Shown here piece after piece: positions 13,303 to 24,600 of a stretch of DNA of 64,000 nt. The DNA lies in NCBI GenBank assembly GCA_951406725.2, contig OX597823.1, positions 3,472,001 to 3,536,000 on the forward strand, read 5' to 3'. This DNA comes from Octopus vulgaris. Its lineage: Eukaryota. The notes beneath the pieces are model-generated. The model was not told where the DNA came from. It was given only the letters and a program-made list of their open reading frames with translations, and did no database searches. The position numbers were made by a program, and so were the translations under genes. How positions within the stretch are numbered: the stretch's first letter is position 1; each line of letters begins with the position of its first letter.

Positions 13303-15553
13303 TTATAATCAAAATAAGCAACAAGGATATCCAAAGGTAGTGTGGTACAATCGTTTCGTGCTACTTCATTTAATTAAACAATGTAAGTATTACATCAGTT
13401 TTAAAATGTTGAGCAATGTTGGCAAATGGAATAATTATAAAAAATGAACATTGTCAATTTAATTTTTAAAATTCCATATAATAATAATAATTGTGTACAG
13501 TGCTCAGGTGCACTACAACTCATCTAAAGTCTATATATAATCAGGTGTAGTTTCGGCGGATTTCGGAAAGCATGAGGGCCTTAAAGGATGCAGTGTCATG
13601 GCAGTCAACAACTGACGCAGGCAGTTTATTCCATGCTTCAGCAACTCTGAGCGTGAAAAAATGTTTCCGAAAGTCATGGGAGCTGTGTTGTTTTCTGACT
13701 TTGTAGGCATGTCCACGTGTGTTAGACACATAGAGATCAAAAAGGTGTTCAGTGTTGTTGTTGGTGAGGTGGTTGATAACTTTGTGGGTGTTTACCAAGT
13801 CCGTCGCCAGACGCCAGAGCTTCAGTGAATCCATGCCCAGGGAAACAAGGCGCTCAGAATATGGTAGGTGTCTGATGGACGGTATGCGTTTGGTTGCACG
13901 TCTCTGGACAGATTCCAGGAGGTCAATGTTCTGAGCAAGATAGGGGTTCCAAACTGATGATGCGAATTCCAAGTGTGGTCGTACCATAGCTGTATACAGT
14001 TTTAAATAGATGGCTGGAGAGCGGCTAACAAAAGTCTTGCTGAGTGATGCCAAGACACCCTCGGCCTTCTTGACAATTTTAGAGATATGCTTTGTCCAAC
14101 GCAAATCACTGCTGACAGTGATGCCTAGGTCACGCTCGCAAGAGGATTTCTTGATATCAGTGTTGTGGAGGGAGTATGTGGACGCAGGGTTTTTCTCCCA
14201 AAATGCATGGTGGTACACTTGTCCACAGCCAGTTTCAGTTGCCAGTCTGTGATCCATTGTTGCATTGTGTCTAGGTCTGATTGCAGGAAAGAGTTGTAGA
14301 CATCAGGATCTGTCCTCTTGATTTCAAGGTACAGCTTGATGTCGTCTGCATATTTCAATACTGTGGCATTCTTTAAATTGGCATCTATGTCATTAATGTA
14401 TGCCACAAACAGGAGGGGACCAAGGACAGATCCCTGTGGTACACCCGATGACATCTCATATGGTGTAGAATGCTGTCCTAGAACTGTGACAACCTCCTTT
14501 TGGCTGAGAATGAAGGATTTCAACCAGTTAAAAAGGTCATCCCTCACACCCATTGCAGAGAGTTTCACCATAAGCCTTTTGTGTGGCACAGAGTTGAAAG
14601 CCTTAGCAAAGTCAAGGTAGACAACATCCACCCATGAGCCACTGTCAGTGATCTGAGTAATGTCCTCAAGGAACTCGACAAGCTGATCACTGCAGCTGAA
14701 GTTAGGGATAAATCCATATTGTGAGGGTCGGATGAGACTGTGAGAGCTCCAGAAGTTCCAGAGTGTTTCTCTGACACACGATTCCATCAGTTTTGCAATA
14801 CAGCTAGTGAGACTGACTGGGCGATAGTTGACAGGTGATGTGCGGTTGCCCTTTTTGAACAGAGGAATGACACTGGCAGTTTTCCACTGCTCCGGAGTAA
14901 CACCATTGTTGAGACAGTACTGGAAGAAAATAGAAAGCTGGTGTAAAAGGAAGTACCTGCCACGTTTGAGAAGCAGGTATGTAACTCCATCGAGACCAGG
15001 GGAGGTATAGTTGCGCTTACTTTGAAGGTGATGTCGCAGCATTGCAGGTGTAAATTCCATAGTTGTTATGGAATTTTCTGTTAGAGATGGTGAAGATGGT
15101 ACATTTTGACTTTCAACAGTGAATATGTTTGCATAGCACTCGGCAATGAGTTCTGCGCATTCCTTGGGGTCGTCAGTGATCTGGTTTGTGTGAGGGTTGC
15201 GAAGAGGGCCCACTGGAGAGTGAGGTCTCTGCTTCGAATGCACATATTTCCAGAAAACCTTGCTGTCAGGATTGGCTGCTATGCACTGTTCAAATTCAAG
15301 CACTGCTTTTTTTGTCACTTGCTTGAGATGGTTGGAAGATTTATTCCGCTTCTTCCTGTTGGTGTCTGATTTATGCAACTTGTATTCCTGTTCAGCAGTC
15401 CGACGTTCCTTCCTGGCAAGTCGGACCGCTGAAGAGTGGCTGAAGAGTGCTCTACATTTTAAAACTGGTGTAATACTTACATTGTTTAATTAAATGAAGT
15501 AGCATGAAACGATTGTAACACACTACCTTTGGATATCCTTGTTGCTTATTTTG

Positions 15554-15558
<5 letters not shown>
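13303..15558. repeat. ~110-bp inverted repeat (13303-13415 / 15449-15558) enclosing the CR1 fragment; the unit sits between (TA)n tracts
   Basis: The reverse complement of 13303-13415 matches 15449-15558 with about 4 substitutions. The left arm extends a further ~94 nt (13209-13302) to the TA tract. Confidence 0.85.
13478..15438 (-). mobile_element. 5'-truncated CR1-clade LINE (complete RT domain plus C-terminal region, short 3' UTR, (ATT)n tail)
   Basis: ORFs 14125-15378 and 13541-14257 are joined by a 1-nt frameshift in an A-run near 14190 (HFGRK/NPASTY). Motifs: NYRPVSLTS, YLDFAKAFNSVPH, SGVPQGSVLGPLLF, YADDIKLY, VRPHLEFASSVWNPY, LESVQRRATK, WNKLP. Tail at 13478-13491. Confidence 0.92.
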
Positions 15559-15592
<34 letters not shown>

Positions 15593-15888
15593 CACCAAGA
15601 GACATCTCATGGATGCTCAGGTATATATTACCAGTGGTGTTTCTGGGACCTTAGGGGTTTCAGTTCTCTCAATATCAGGCCCCCACCTCGTTGCAGCTTT
15701 CATCCCAGTAGCAGCAAACCAATTGTCTGCCCTGTTATCCAAAGCTACTTAATGGTCATCTCTATAAATTCAGTAATGGAAATGATGTTCCCGCTTTTTG
15801 CTGCAGCAGGAACTCCAAGCCGAGTCAGAGCTTTGCAGAATGAACACTCAAAGAAAAAAGAAAGAAAGAAAGAAACAGGCAACCCAAT

Positions 15889-16306
15889 TCAGTTACCTCG
15901 CAATGTACTTGCGAGTCATGTTTCTACACTATTCCAATAGCTCTTGATATTTAGCGGGTCATAGTGCTAGTGCATGCATATACAGCTGCGTGCATGCGTG
16001 CGCACATACATGCGAGTACTGTCCAAATCTCCGACCAATCACATACAGCTAGTTGGCATTCAATTGGCGTATCAAGTTTCGGGCATTTTGATTGGGTTTT
16101 GGATAGAAAATTCACAAAAAAAGTCACTTCTATTGATTTTTTAATTGCTTTGCGGGGTGACTGGGGAAATGTAAAGATGTGCACGACCACCCTTGGACGG
16201 TTTTGAATGAACATAGACAGTGCGAGACCTCTAACAGAAAAATTGTGGATTTGTATAAAGGATACACACACACACACAGACATTTTGCCATTTATATATA
16301 GAGAGA
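15889..16306 (-). mobile_element. Probable non-autonomous Helitron
   Basis: The minus strand starts A|TCTCTCTATATATAAATGGCAAAATGTCTGTGTGTG (5'-TC) and ends with hairpin CTCGCAA-gtaca-TTGCGAG (15897-15915) followed 4 nt later by CTGA (CTRR). No TSD. Confidence 0.6.
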
Positions 16307-17800
16307 TATTGGCATGACAATCATTCTGACTTTTTCCCTTCAGACAAGGGTGTCAAACAGGGGGCCCATGGGCCAGATCTGGCCTGCAACCATGTTCAGC
16401 CTGTCCTCTTTCATAAACGAAAAGCATGTTTATTTTTAATAGTAAAATATTTTGCTAGCACGCATTCAAAGTTATAATATATACTGACCCCATTATTCAT
16501 TTACTCTAAACCCACGTTATAATGAGTTTTAGAAATAATAGCCCCTACCCTCAAACATCCTTAAAACCTGAACGAATGTGACATGAGGTTTTCTAATTTA
16601 CATTAAGTCTTCAAATTATCCAAGGTTACCAAAACTCAAAACGTCCCGACAAAAACTTTCACACTTTAAACTATTATATAAAAAAACAAATTGAATAAAA
16701 AAAAAAAAGAGTCATGGGATTAATTAATTAATTAATCACCGGTTAATGTAATCGATATTAAGTTAAAGCAACGAGATAGCATAGATGCGTCGTTTGTTTC
16801 TAAAACTGATGTATGGAAAAATAGTATCTCACTCATAATCTGCAAATTCAGTGAAGTAGTGGAAATAAAGGTTGTGGCATGGCAGACGTACACAAGTGTG
16901 ACGTCCCCCCCACACACACACACACACACCGACTTTGTTTCCTCATAACTTTAAGAAAAATTGATATTTTTAGTGAAATTTTCTACAAATACCATTGCGA
17001 TGGTGTAGATTACGGGCGCAGGCGTGGCCACATGTGAGCCCATCGTATACATGTAACCTGTTGAGGTTTCTTCTGCACTGTGGGGCGCATTCGATTCTAT
17101 TATATCGGTCCCTACCCACTAGGGAGTAGTGCAGAAACGATCGTTGCTCTAAATAAAGCTTCAACTACACTCTGTCTTCAATATCAATCATTTAAAATGT
17201 GTGTGTGTGTGGTTGTTCGCCCACCACCGCTTGACAACCAGTGTTGGTGTGTTTGCGTCCCCTGTAACTTAGCGGCTCGGCAAAAGATCAATAGAATAAC
17301 TACCAGGCTTTAAAAAAAGTACTGGGGCCGATTCGTTCGACTAAAAATTCAAGGCGGTGCCCCAGCGTGGCCACCGTCTAATAACTGAAATAAGTAATGG
17401 TGGGCGCGCACACATCCCTACTGACATACATCACACGAAAATGTGAAACCGTTAATCCAGTCACGCTTTCTCTCTCCGTTTTCTTTCCTCACACAATTTC
17501 AAGTTTCGTTTAGCCGTGACCTACAAAGATGTCAAATTTTCCCATTTCTCTGGAGGTTGAAAAAATTATTATGAACTGCCGGAATCGATTTCGACCCTTA
17601 TTGAGGTTCTTGACCAACTCCAGACGAACAAGGAGTCATTTTGTTAATATATATATATACATATACTTAGATAACTTAGATATGTTTCGACCAAAGATTG
17701 GTCCAGGCCATGTCTAACTTAATAGCACCACCTGATAGGATTATTCGAATCCTGTTTAAGTCAAGTTTTGTTCAAGTAGTGAGTTCTTGTTGGGTATATA

Positions 17801-18258
17801 TCATCATCATCATCATCATCGTTTAACGTCCGCTTTCCATGCTAGCATGGGTTGGACGGTTCAACTGGGGTCTGGCAAGCCCGAAGGCTGCACCAGGGCA
17901 GTCAGATCTGGCAGTGTTTCTACAGCTGGATGCCCTTCCTAACGCCAACCACTCCGAGAGTGTAGTGGGTGATTTTATGTGCCACCGACACAGGTGCCAG
18001 ACGAGGCTGGCAGACGGCCACGCTCGGATGGTGTTTTCTTATGTGTCACCGATACAGGTGCCAGACAATGCTGGCGAACGGCCACGCTCAGATGGTGTTT
18101 GTTACGTGCCCTCAGCACGGAGGCCAGTCGTTGCGGTACTGGCTACGGTCACATTCGGATGGTTTTCTTTTGTGCCACCGGCACTGGTACCACAAGGATA
18201 CAAATTCCATTGATGTTCATCTATTTTGATTTGGTTCGATTTGATTTGATTTGATTTG
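17801..18258 (-). mobile_element. RTE 3'-UTR family copy; further copies at ~1732-2060(-), 3400-3630(-), 19813-20196(+), 30655-30949(+), 48120-48340(+), 54020-54380(-), 57750-58070(-), 59097-59447(-), 61465-61665(+)
   Basis: Near reverse complement of 9985-10455; all listed copies share variants of the CAGCTGGATGCCCTTCCTAACGCCAACCAC core and, in most cases, the (CAT)n-CGTTTAACGTC end. Confidence 0.8.
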
Positions 18259-19384
18259 ATATATATATATCAAATCTTGTACTTTCACAGGATTGGAGCT
18301 TCTAATTCGCATACCATAATACTGAATATTAAGGGTCTGTCAAGTTATGATATGTATGTAAAGCTACGTGTGTGTGTGTGTATGCGCGCGTGACCGCTTT
18401 TCCCCCCGCATCCGATTCCGATATAACCGTCCTCTACACCACCCGAAAGATGTTTGTACAAAATTTCATTAAAAAATATCAATTTCTCAGAAAGTTACGA
18501 AGGTGTGGCTGTGTGGTAAGAATCTTGCTTCCCAACCACATGGTTCCGGGTTCAGTCTCACTGCGTGGCACCTTGGGCAAGTGTCTTCTACTATAGCTTC
18601 AGGCCAACCAAAGCTTTGTGAGTGGATTTGGTAGACGGAAACTGAAAGAAGCCCGTTGCATATGTGTGTGTGTCTGTTTGTCCCCCCCCATCCACCACCA
18701 CCACCATCGTTTGACAACCGATGTTGGCAAAAGAAACTGATAAAATAAGTACTAGATTTACGAAGAATAAGTCCTGGGGTCGAACTGTTCGACTAAATGC
18801 GATGTCCCAGCATGTCCGCAGTCAAATGACAAAAAAAATTAAATAAAAGAATAAACAGTGGTTCACACCTGTGCAGCTATTGGCAAATAACACCTGTTGT
18901 TTATTCGTTAAGTCTCAAATCAGCTCTGACCGACCAGACTTATGAAGCAGAGACAATCTAGTTTTGCATTTCGTCTTTTTAAACACCCAGGACTACTCTG
19001 TTCAACATGTCCTTCCTTATTTAAGCTGTAGGGTGTGATTTGGCTACTGTCTCTAGCAAAGTCTTTGACCATGTCGAGGTTCCTTTGGGTCCCGTCCTTT
19101 TAACATGTGAAAACAGATACTTCCAGAATCGCTTTATTCACATAAAATCAATTTTTATGACACACCTGATGACTTTTTGTCATCACTGAAAAAAATTGAT
19201 GAAATGAAATGCAAGCAATTAATTAAAATTAACGTTATTAGCATCTGTAATTAACCAGCAACAATTTCGAGTGCTTTAAAAAGTTATGAAATCATCAGAT
19301 ATGCGATGCAACGGAATCGACACTGTATACCATTCAATGAGTTTACAGACGAGAATATGAAGACAATGATTCGTGTGTGCATAT

Positions 19385-19796
19385 TACTCTTCACTCTTTT
19401 TACTTGTTTCAGTCATTTGACTGCGGCCATGCTGGAGCACCGCCTTTAGTCGAGCAAAATCGACCCCGGGACTTATTCTTTGTAAGCCCAGTACTTATTC
19501 TATCGGTCTCCTTTGCCGAACCGCTAAGTGACGGGAACGTAAACACACCAGCATCGGTTGTCAAGCAATGCTAGGGGAACAAACACAGACACACAAACAT
19601 ATTCACACACACTTATATATATATGCATATATACGACAGGCTTCTTTCAGTTTCCGTCTACCAAATCCACTCACAAGGCATTGGTCGGCCCGGGGCTATA
19701 ACAGAAGACACGTGCCCAAGATGCCACGCAGTGGGACTGAACCCGGAACCATGTGGTTGGTTAGCAAGCTACTTACCAAACAGCCACTCCTGCGCC
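19385..19796 (-). mobile_element. tRNA-derived SINE family A, full-length copy; others at 2478-2867(-), 11419-11825(-), 18500-18850(+), 45216-45637(-), 59912-60285(+) and many fragments
   Basis: Head GGCGCAGGAGTGGCTGT(G/T)TGGTAAG...GGTTCAGTCCC (A/B-box-like), then a CORE-like CCTTGGGCAAGTGTCTTCT segment (variant in this copy), internal (TG)n and tail CCAGCATGGCCGCAGTCAAATGACTGAAACAAGTAAAA. Confidence 0.85.
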
Positions 19797-20931
19797 TATA
19801 TATATATATATGCACCCATGCCAACCCCCTTGCTTGCAAAGACATGTTGGGGCAAGCGAAATCGAATTGAACCAGCCAGGATCCCTGGTCTGGTGGTACG
19901 TAAAAAGCACTATCCGACTCGTGGCCGATGCCTCCACTGGCTTCCGTGCCGGTGGCACGTAAAATACACCAATCCGACCGTGGCCGTTGCCAGCCTCGCC
20001 TGGCACCTGTGCAGGTGGCACGTGAAAAGCACCCACTACACTCACGGAGTGGTTGGCGTTAGGAAGGGCATCCAGCTGTAGAAACATTGCAGCCTGGTGC
20101 AGCCTTCTGGCTTTCCAGATCCCCGGTCGAACCGTCCAACCCATGCTAGCATGGGGAACGGACGTTAAACGATGATGATGATGATGATGATGATGATATA
20201 TATATATATATATACACACGCACACAGAGGTATACACACATATGCACACACATATATTACACACACACACACACACCTACAATGTTGACATCAATGTCAA
20301 GTGACCGAACAAAAGTTAGGGCATAACTACAGATTGATGCCCCACAACTTTTATTCTTCGTAACTTACCGAAAAATGCACCTTTTTTTTAATGAAATTTT
20401 GCAGAGATGTGCTATCAAGTATGGCTATATTTATAACATAAAAATACTTCTTTGAAAAAGTTTAGGGTCATTCTCGCTCCCTCCTAACTTTGTTTCCTCA
20501 CATCTCTTCTTAAAATGTGTTTTTAAATGACATTTCGTAGAAATCCGTTTTGGAGAGGACAGATAATGATATGTTGATATTTCAAACACAAATCCCGAAG
20601 AAAACAAAACAAGCAAAAAGCGCCAACGAAAATTGATGATGAAGAAGTTGGGGTGAGAACTGCCCGAAACTCATCCAAACTTTTTTCTTTCTCAAATTTA
20701 ATCAGCATAATGGTAATCTACATCCTCGAAAATGTTTTTCTGCAAAGTTTTATTGGGAAATGAAAAAAAAGTTTCGAGGAAACAAAGTGAGCGGGGCACC
20801 AATCTGTAGATATTACAAGTGTTAGATAATTTATATAAACATACATACACAAGCTGTGTGTGTGTGTGTGTGTAATACATACATGGAACCATTATGCCTA
20901 ATTTTGCCGGGCAAATACATACACACATCAG

Positions 20932-20967
<36 letters not shown>

Positions 20968-21210
20968 AATGCACATCCAGACATGGCAACAAAACATGCA
21001 CACACGCACACACACACATTCCCCATTCTCTCACATGACAATGATACACGTGTACACAATACGATTTGTCTTTCGTTTTTGTTTGTTTTTATCGTTTTAG
21101 TCAATAGAAAAGTCGGTGTCTTTGACCCTTTAAACGGCCTCCAAAACTGAAAGGAAGAAATCTTCAAACCAGAAACCCTGACCCAATTCCTTCTATAGTG
21201 CGGAGTCCGC

Positions 21211-21430
21211 GGATCTTTTCGGTTTGAACGGCAGTTTTTTCTAGCGGTGTCATAATTATGACCCTAGTATTGATCTATTGCATTTCAATCTGTGTTAGGG
21301 TTAGGGGGAAGAGTATCTTTTTTTCCTCAGAAATGTAAATAAACCCAATCTGTTTCTTAAACTAGGGACATATTCATACGGCACAGAATGTTTTCACCTC
21401 AATAGACGTCATTGATTGGTTGAAATTGCA
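21211..21430 (+). mobile_element. One-ended MITE fragment with a TIR related to the 55.1-kb element
   Basis: Begins GGATCTTTTCGGTTTGAACGGCAGTTTTTT, similar to the 55100 TIR. No matching right end; it runs directly into a locally duplicated segment. Confidence 0.55.
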
Positions 21431-21667
21431 AATAGCCACTAGTTTTGTGAATGAACACTGAAAGGCATATTAACTTAAGAGAAAGTAATTATACCCTTCA
21501 TGTAGCTCTGAGTTGATTATCAGTGAAAGTCGACAGGTGGAGAGAGAGAGACACAAACACACACAAACACACACACACAGATATATGTATGTATGTCAGG
21601 TGTAGCTTTCCAACATGGTTTTGAGTTCAATTCCACATCATGATGCCTTAGACAAGTGTCTTCTACT
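21426..21667 (+). repeat. Local direct duplication of 23326-23578
   Basis: TTGCAAATAGCCACTAGTTTTGTG...GACAAGTGTCTTCTACT occurs at both loci; this copy has two small deletions. Confidence 0.9.
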
Positions 21668-24600
21668 TGTTGTCCCCTCTGTGTTTAGCCCCTTGTGGGT
21701 AGTAGAGAAATAACTCATCCACCTGAATGGAGTAAAGCAATGTGAAATAAAGTGTCTTGCTCAAGGACACAACATACCACTGGGAATCAAACCTACAACC
21801 ATGAGCCAAACACCTTAACCACTAAGCCATATGCCTTCACCCTACCACTCAAATGGGTTAAGCCAATGACTTATTTTATGAAGTCTGAATGGACGAAAAA
21901 CAGTAAAAAGAAAAAAAAAACTTTAGAAATCAAAAAGAAACTTCTTGACAAAAGGAAACAAAACAAAGAAAAAAAAAAGAAAAGGTATTTAGTCTGGCAC
22001 TGTGTAGGTGCCTGCCAACTGTCATCATGATATCATGACTTATTCTATATACACTTCCAATATAAGGTCAGGGCCTAAAGAACAAGCCCTCAAATATGAG
22101 GGTGAATACAACTGATTAATATTTGACAGATGCTGTATTTGATAAACTAAAACATGCGCAGGCATATTAGATGTGCCCCAATTTCAACAGCACCATATGA
22201 GGAAAAACTACTTTTAGTGAACTAAAGCATGTACTATTTAACGCTTTAGCATTTTAAACCAGCCATATCTGGCCAAAATAATCTGTTTTACCTTCAAACT
22301 GGCCAGATCCAGTCCCTCTACAATATTATTCTAAAAATAAACAATCACGTCACTGCAAACTCAACGCTTCAGGATAATGCAGGACAAATTCAAATCAATG
22401 TGAATAAATAAGCAAAGACCTGGGATGATTTATATTTGGTAAAAAATAGCTTGTACACCATCAAATATGAAGGTATATGATCCAGTGGTTAGGGTGTTGC
22501 ACTTGTGATCACTATATCATGAGTTCAATTCCTAGACCAGGCTGTGTGTTGTGTTCTTGAGCAAAATACTTCCGTTTCATGTTGCTCTAGTGGGTGAGAA
22601 AGTGGCGGAATTGTTGAAGCATCGGTAGAAATGCTTTATAGTATACCTTCTAGCTCTCTACATTCCAAGTTCAAATCCTACCTGAATAAATTGGCTAAAT
22701 GGCTGCTACACAAGGATGCTACGAATGGCCCTGAATGTGAAATGGCAGCAGCATGTGACAAATGAATGCCTTTATGGAGACCTGTCGAAAGTTAGCAAGA
22801 AAATCTGGCAAAAGACTGAATTTCATAGATGGAAAATGTATGGAAACTTCTGTGTGTGTGTACACACACACGTGTGTGTATCTGTCTGTCCCCAACGGTG
22901 CTTGATAACCAATGTTAGTTTGTTTACGGCCCTGTAACTTAGTGGTTCAGAAAAAGAGGCCAACAGAATACCAACCTTAAAATAAATACTGGGGTTGCTT
23001 TGTGTGACTAAACCATTGAAAGCATTGCCCCAGCACGGCCACAGGCCAAAAAATATAAAAGATAATTAAAATTACCCAGTGATATTAACAAATTAGTGCG
23101 TTATTTACTTTGACAGGACCTTTTGCATGGACTGACAGTACATAAAAACTTTCTTATTAATATCATTGATAGAGGAGAACCATCTGGCTTGGCCACGAGA
23201 ACTGCTGCAATCATGTGACTTTGCTCAGTTTTAAGCTCTTCAGTGACAGACACCTGGCAACATTCTGACAACCAAATCTCCTGTCAAAAATACACAGAAT
23301 ACCAGTGCCTGTTGAGGAACTGATGTTGCAAATAGCCACTAGTTTTGTGAATGAACACTGAAAGGCATATTAACTTAAGAGAAAGTAATTATAAAAAATT
23401 ATACCCTTCATGTAGCTCTGAGTTGATTAAAACTATCAGTGAAAGTCGACAGGTGGAGAGAGAGAGAGAGACACACACACACACACACAGATATATATGT
23501 GTGTATGTCAGGTGTAGCTTTCCAACATGGTTTTGAGTTCAATTGCACATCATGATGCCTTAGACAAGTGTCTTCTACTATAATAGTTTATAGTGTACAA
23601 TTTATGTACAGAGGCTGTGTGGTTGATGGCTTTTCAGAAATGCAAGTAGGCATGTAGTCACTACAATCAATGTGGAATGTTCACAACTATCATCATTATT
23701 TAAATATCCATCTTCCATTTTAGCATCTGAAGGTTTCAAGGATTACATCATGCTTGAAGATCTACTTCAGCATGGTTTCTAGAGATGTCCCTACTAACAC
23801 CAACCCCTTTACAGATTGTACTGCATACATATTTTTCCATGGCCCCAGCACTAGTGAGGCCACATTGTAGCTTGCAAGACAACGGTTCTCGAGGTACCTT
23901 TATATAGGAAGATGACAGGTTGAAGTACAATGGAAGGGGGCCCAGAACAGAACAGGTTTTTGCTGTAGGGGAGCTTCATAGATATTCACATTATAGAAGT
24001 GTGGGTGAGAGTAATTAGGGTAGAACCAGAAAAAAAAAAAGATAGAACAAGGGTTATGATGTGTCAAGGCAGATCCTCAAAGTACAAGAAGGTGAATAGT
24101 TGTAGGAACTGAAGAACAAGAAGTATGGATGAATAGAGGAGGCATAAACATGTACACTAACACATATCATTCTTCAGGCTACACTAAAAAATGCACTCCA
24201 GGACTGAAGTCTATGGGTTAACCATTAAGCAGAATAAGCATGTGCTTAGAGTATCAAGGGAAGAAGGGGGGGGCACCACAGAAATAGTAAATGGTTTACA
24301 GCACAAAAGAAATCACTTTAAACTTGCTAAAATAATATCCAAAGTGGTTTGTATTATTGCAAATATAATTTCAAAATGTCCATGATGTCATAGTGAAGAG
24401 TTTGCAATTCAAGAAAGCAGAAGAAAACTTTTCAAATTTGAATAAAGTGCAAGTAGATACAAAATAGACATTATTTTCCATCGAACTGTTTTGTCTTGTT
24501 TCATTTTGAAAAATAAACATTTATTTTATGGTTTATTATCTCTAATAATAATAAATGCCAAAACGAATGTGTGTGTGTGTGTGTGTGTGTGTCAGTGTTT

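Noticed and set aside
13340-13400. Active hammerhead in the 13.3/15.5-kb inverted arms
   Set aside because: The core reads CUGAUGU or CUGGUGU and no stem I pairing flanks it; kept only as a hint within that finding.
21295-21306. TTAGGGTTAGGG telomeric repeat
   Set aside because: Only two units, inside a MITE fragment.
23255-23281. Possible minus-strand micro-exon (TTTTTGACAG|EIWLSECCQ|GTGTCT)
   Set aside because: Weak donor and no similarity to RNF11 exon 2; expected by chance.
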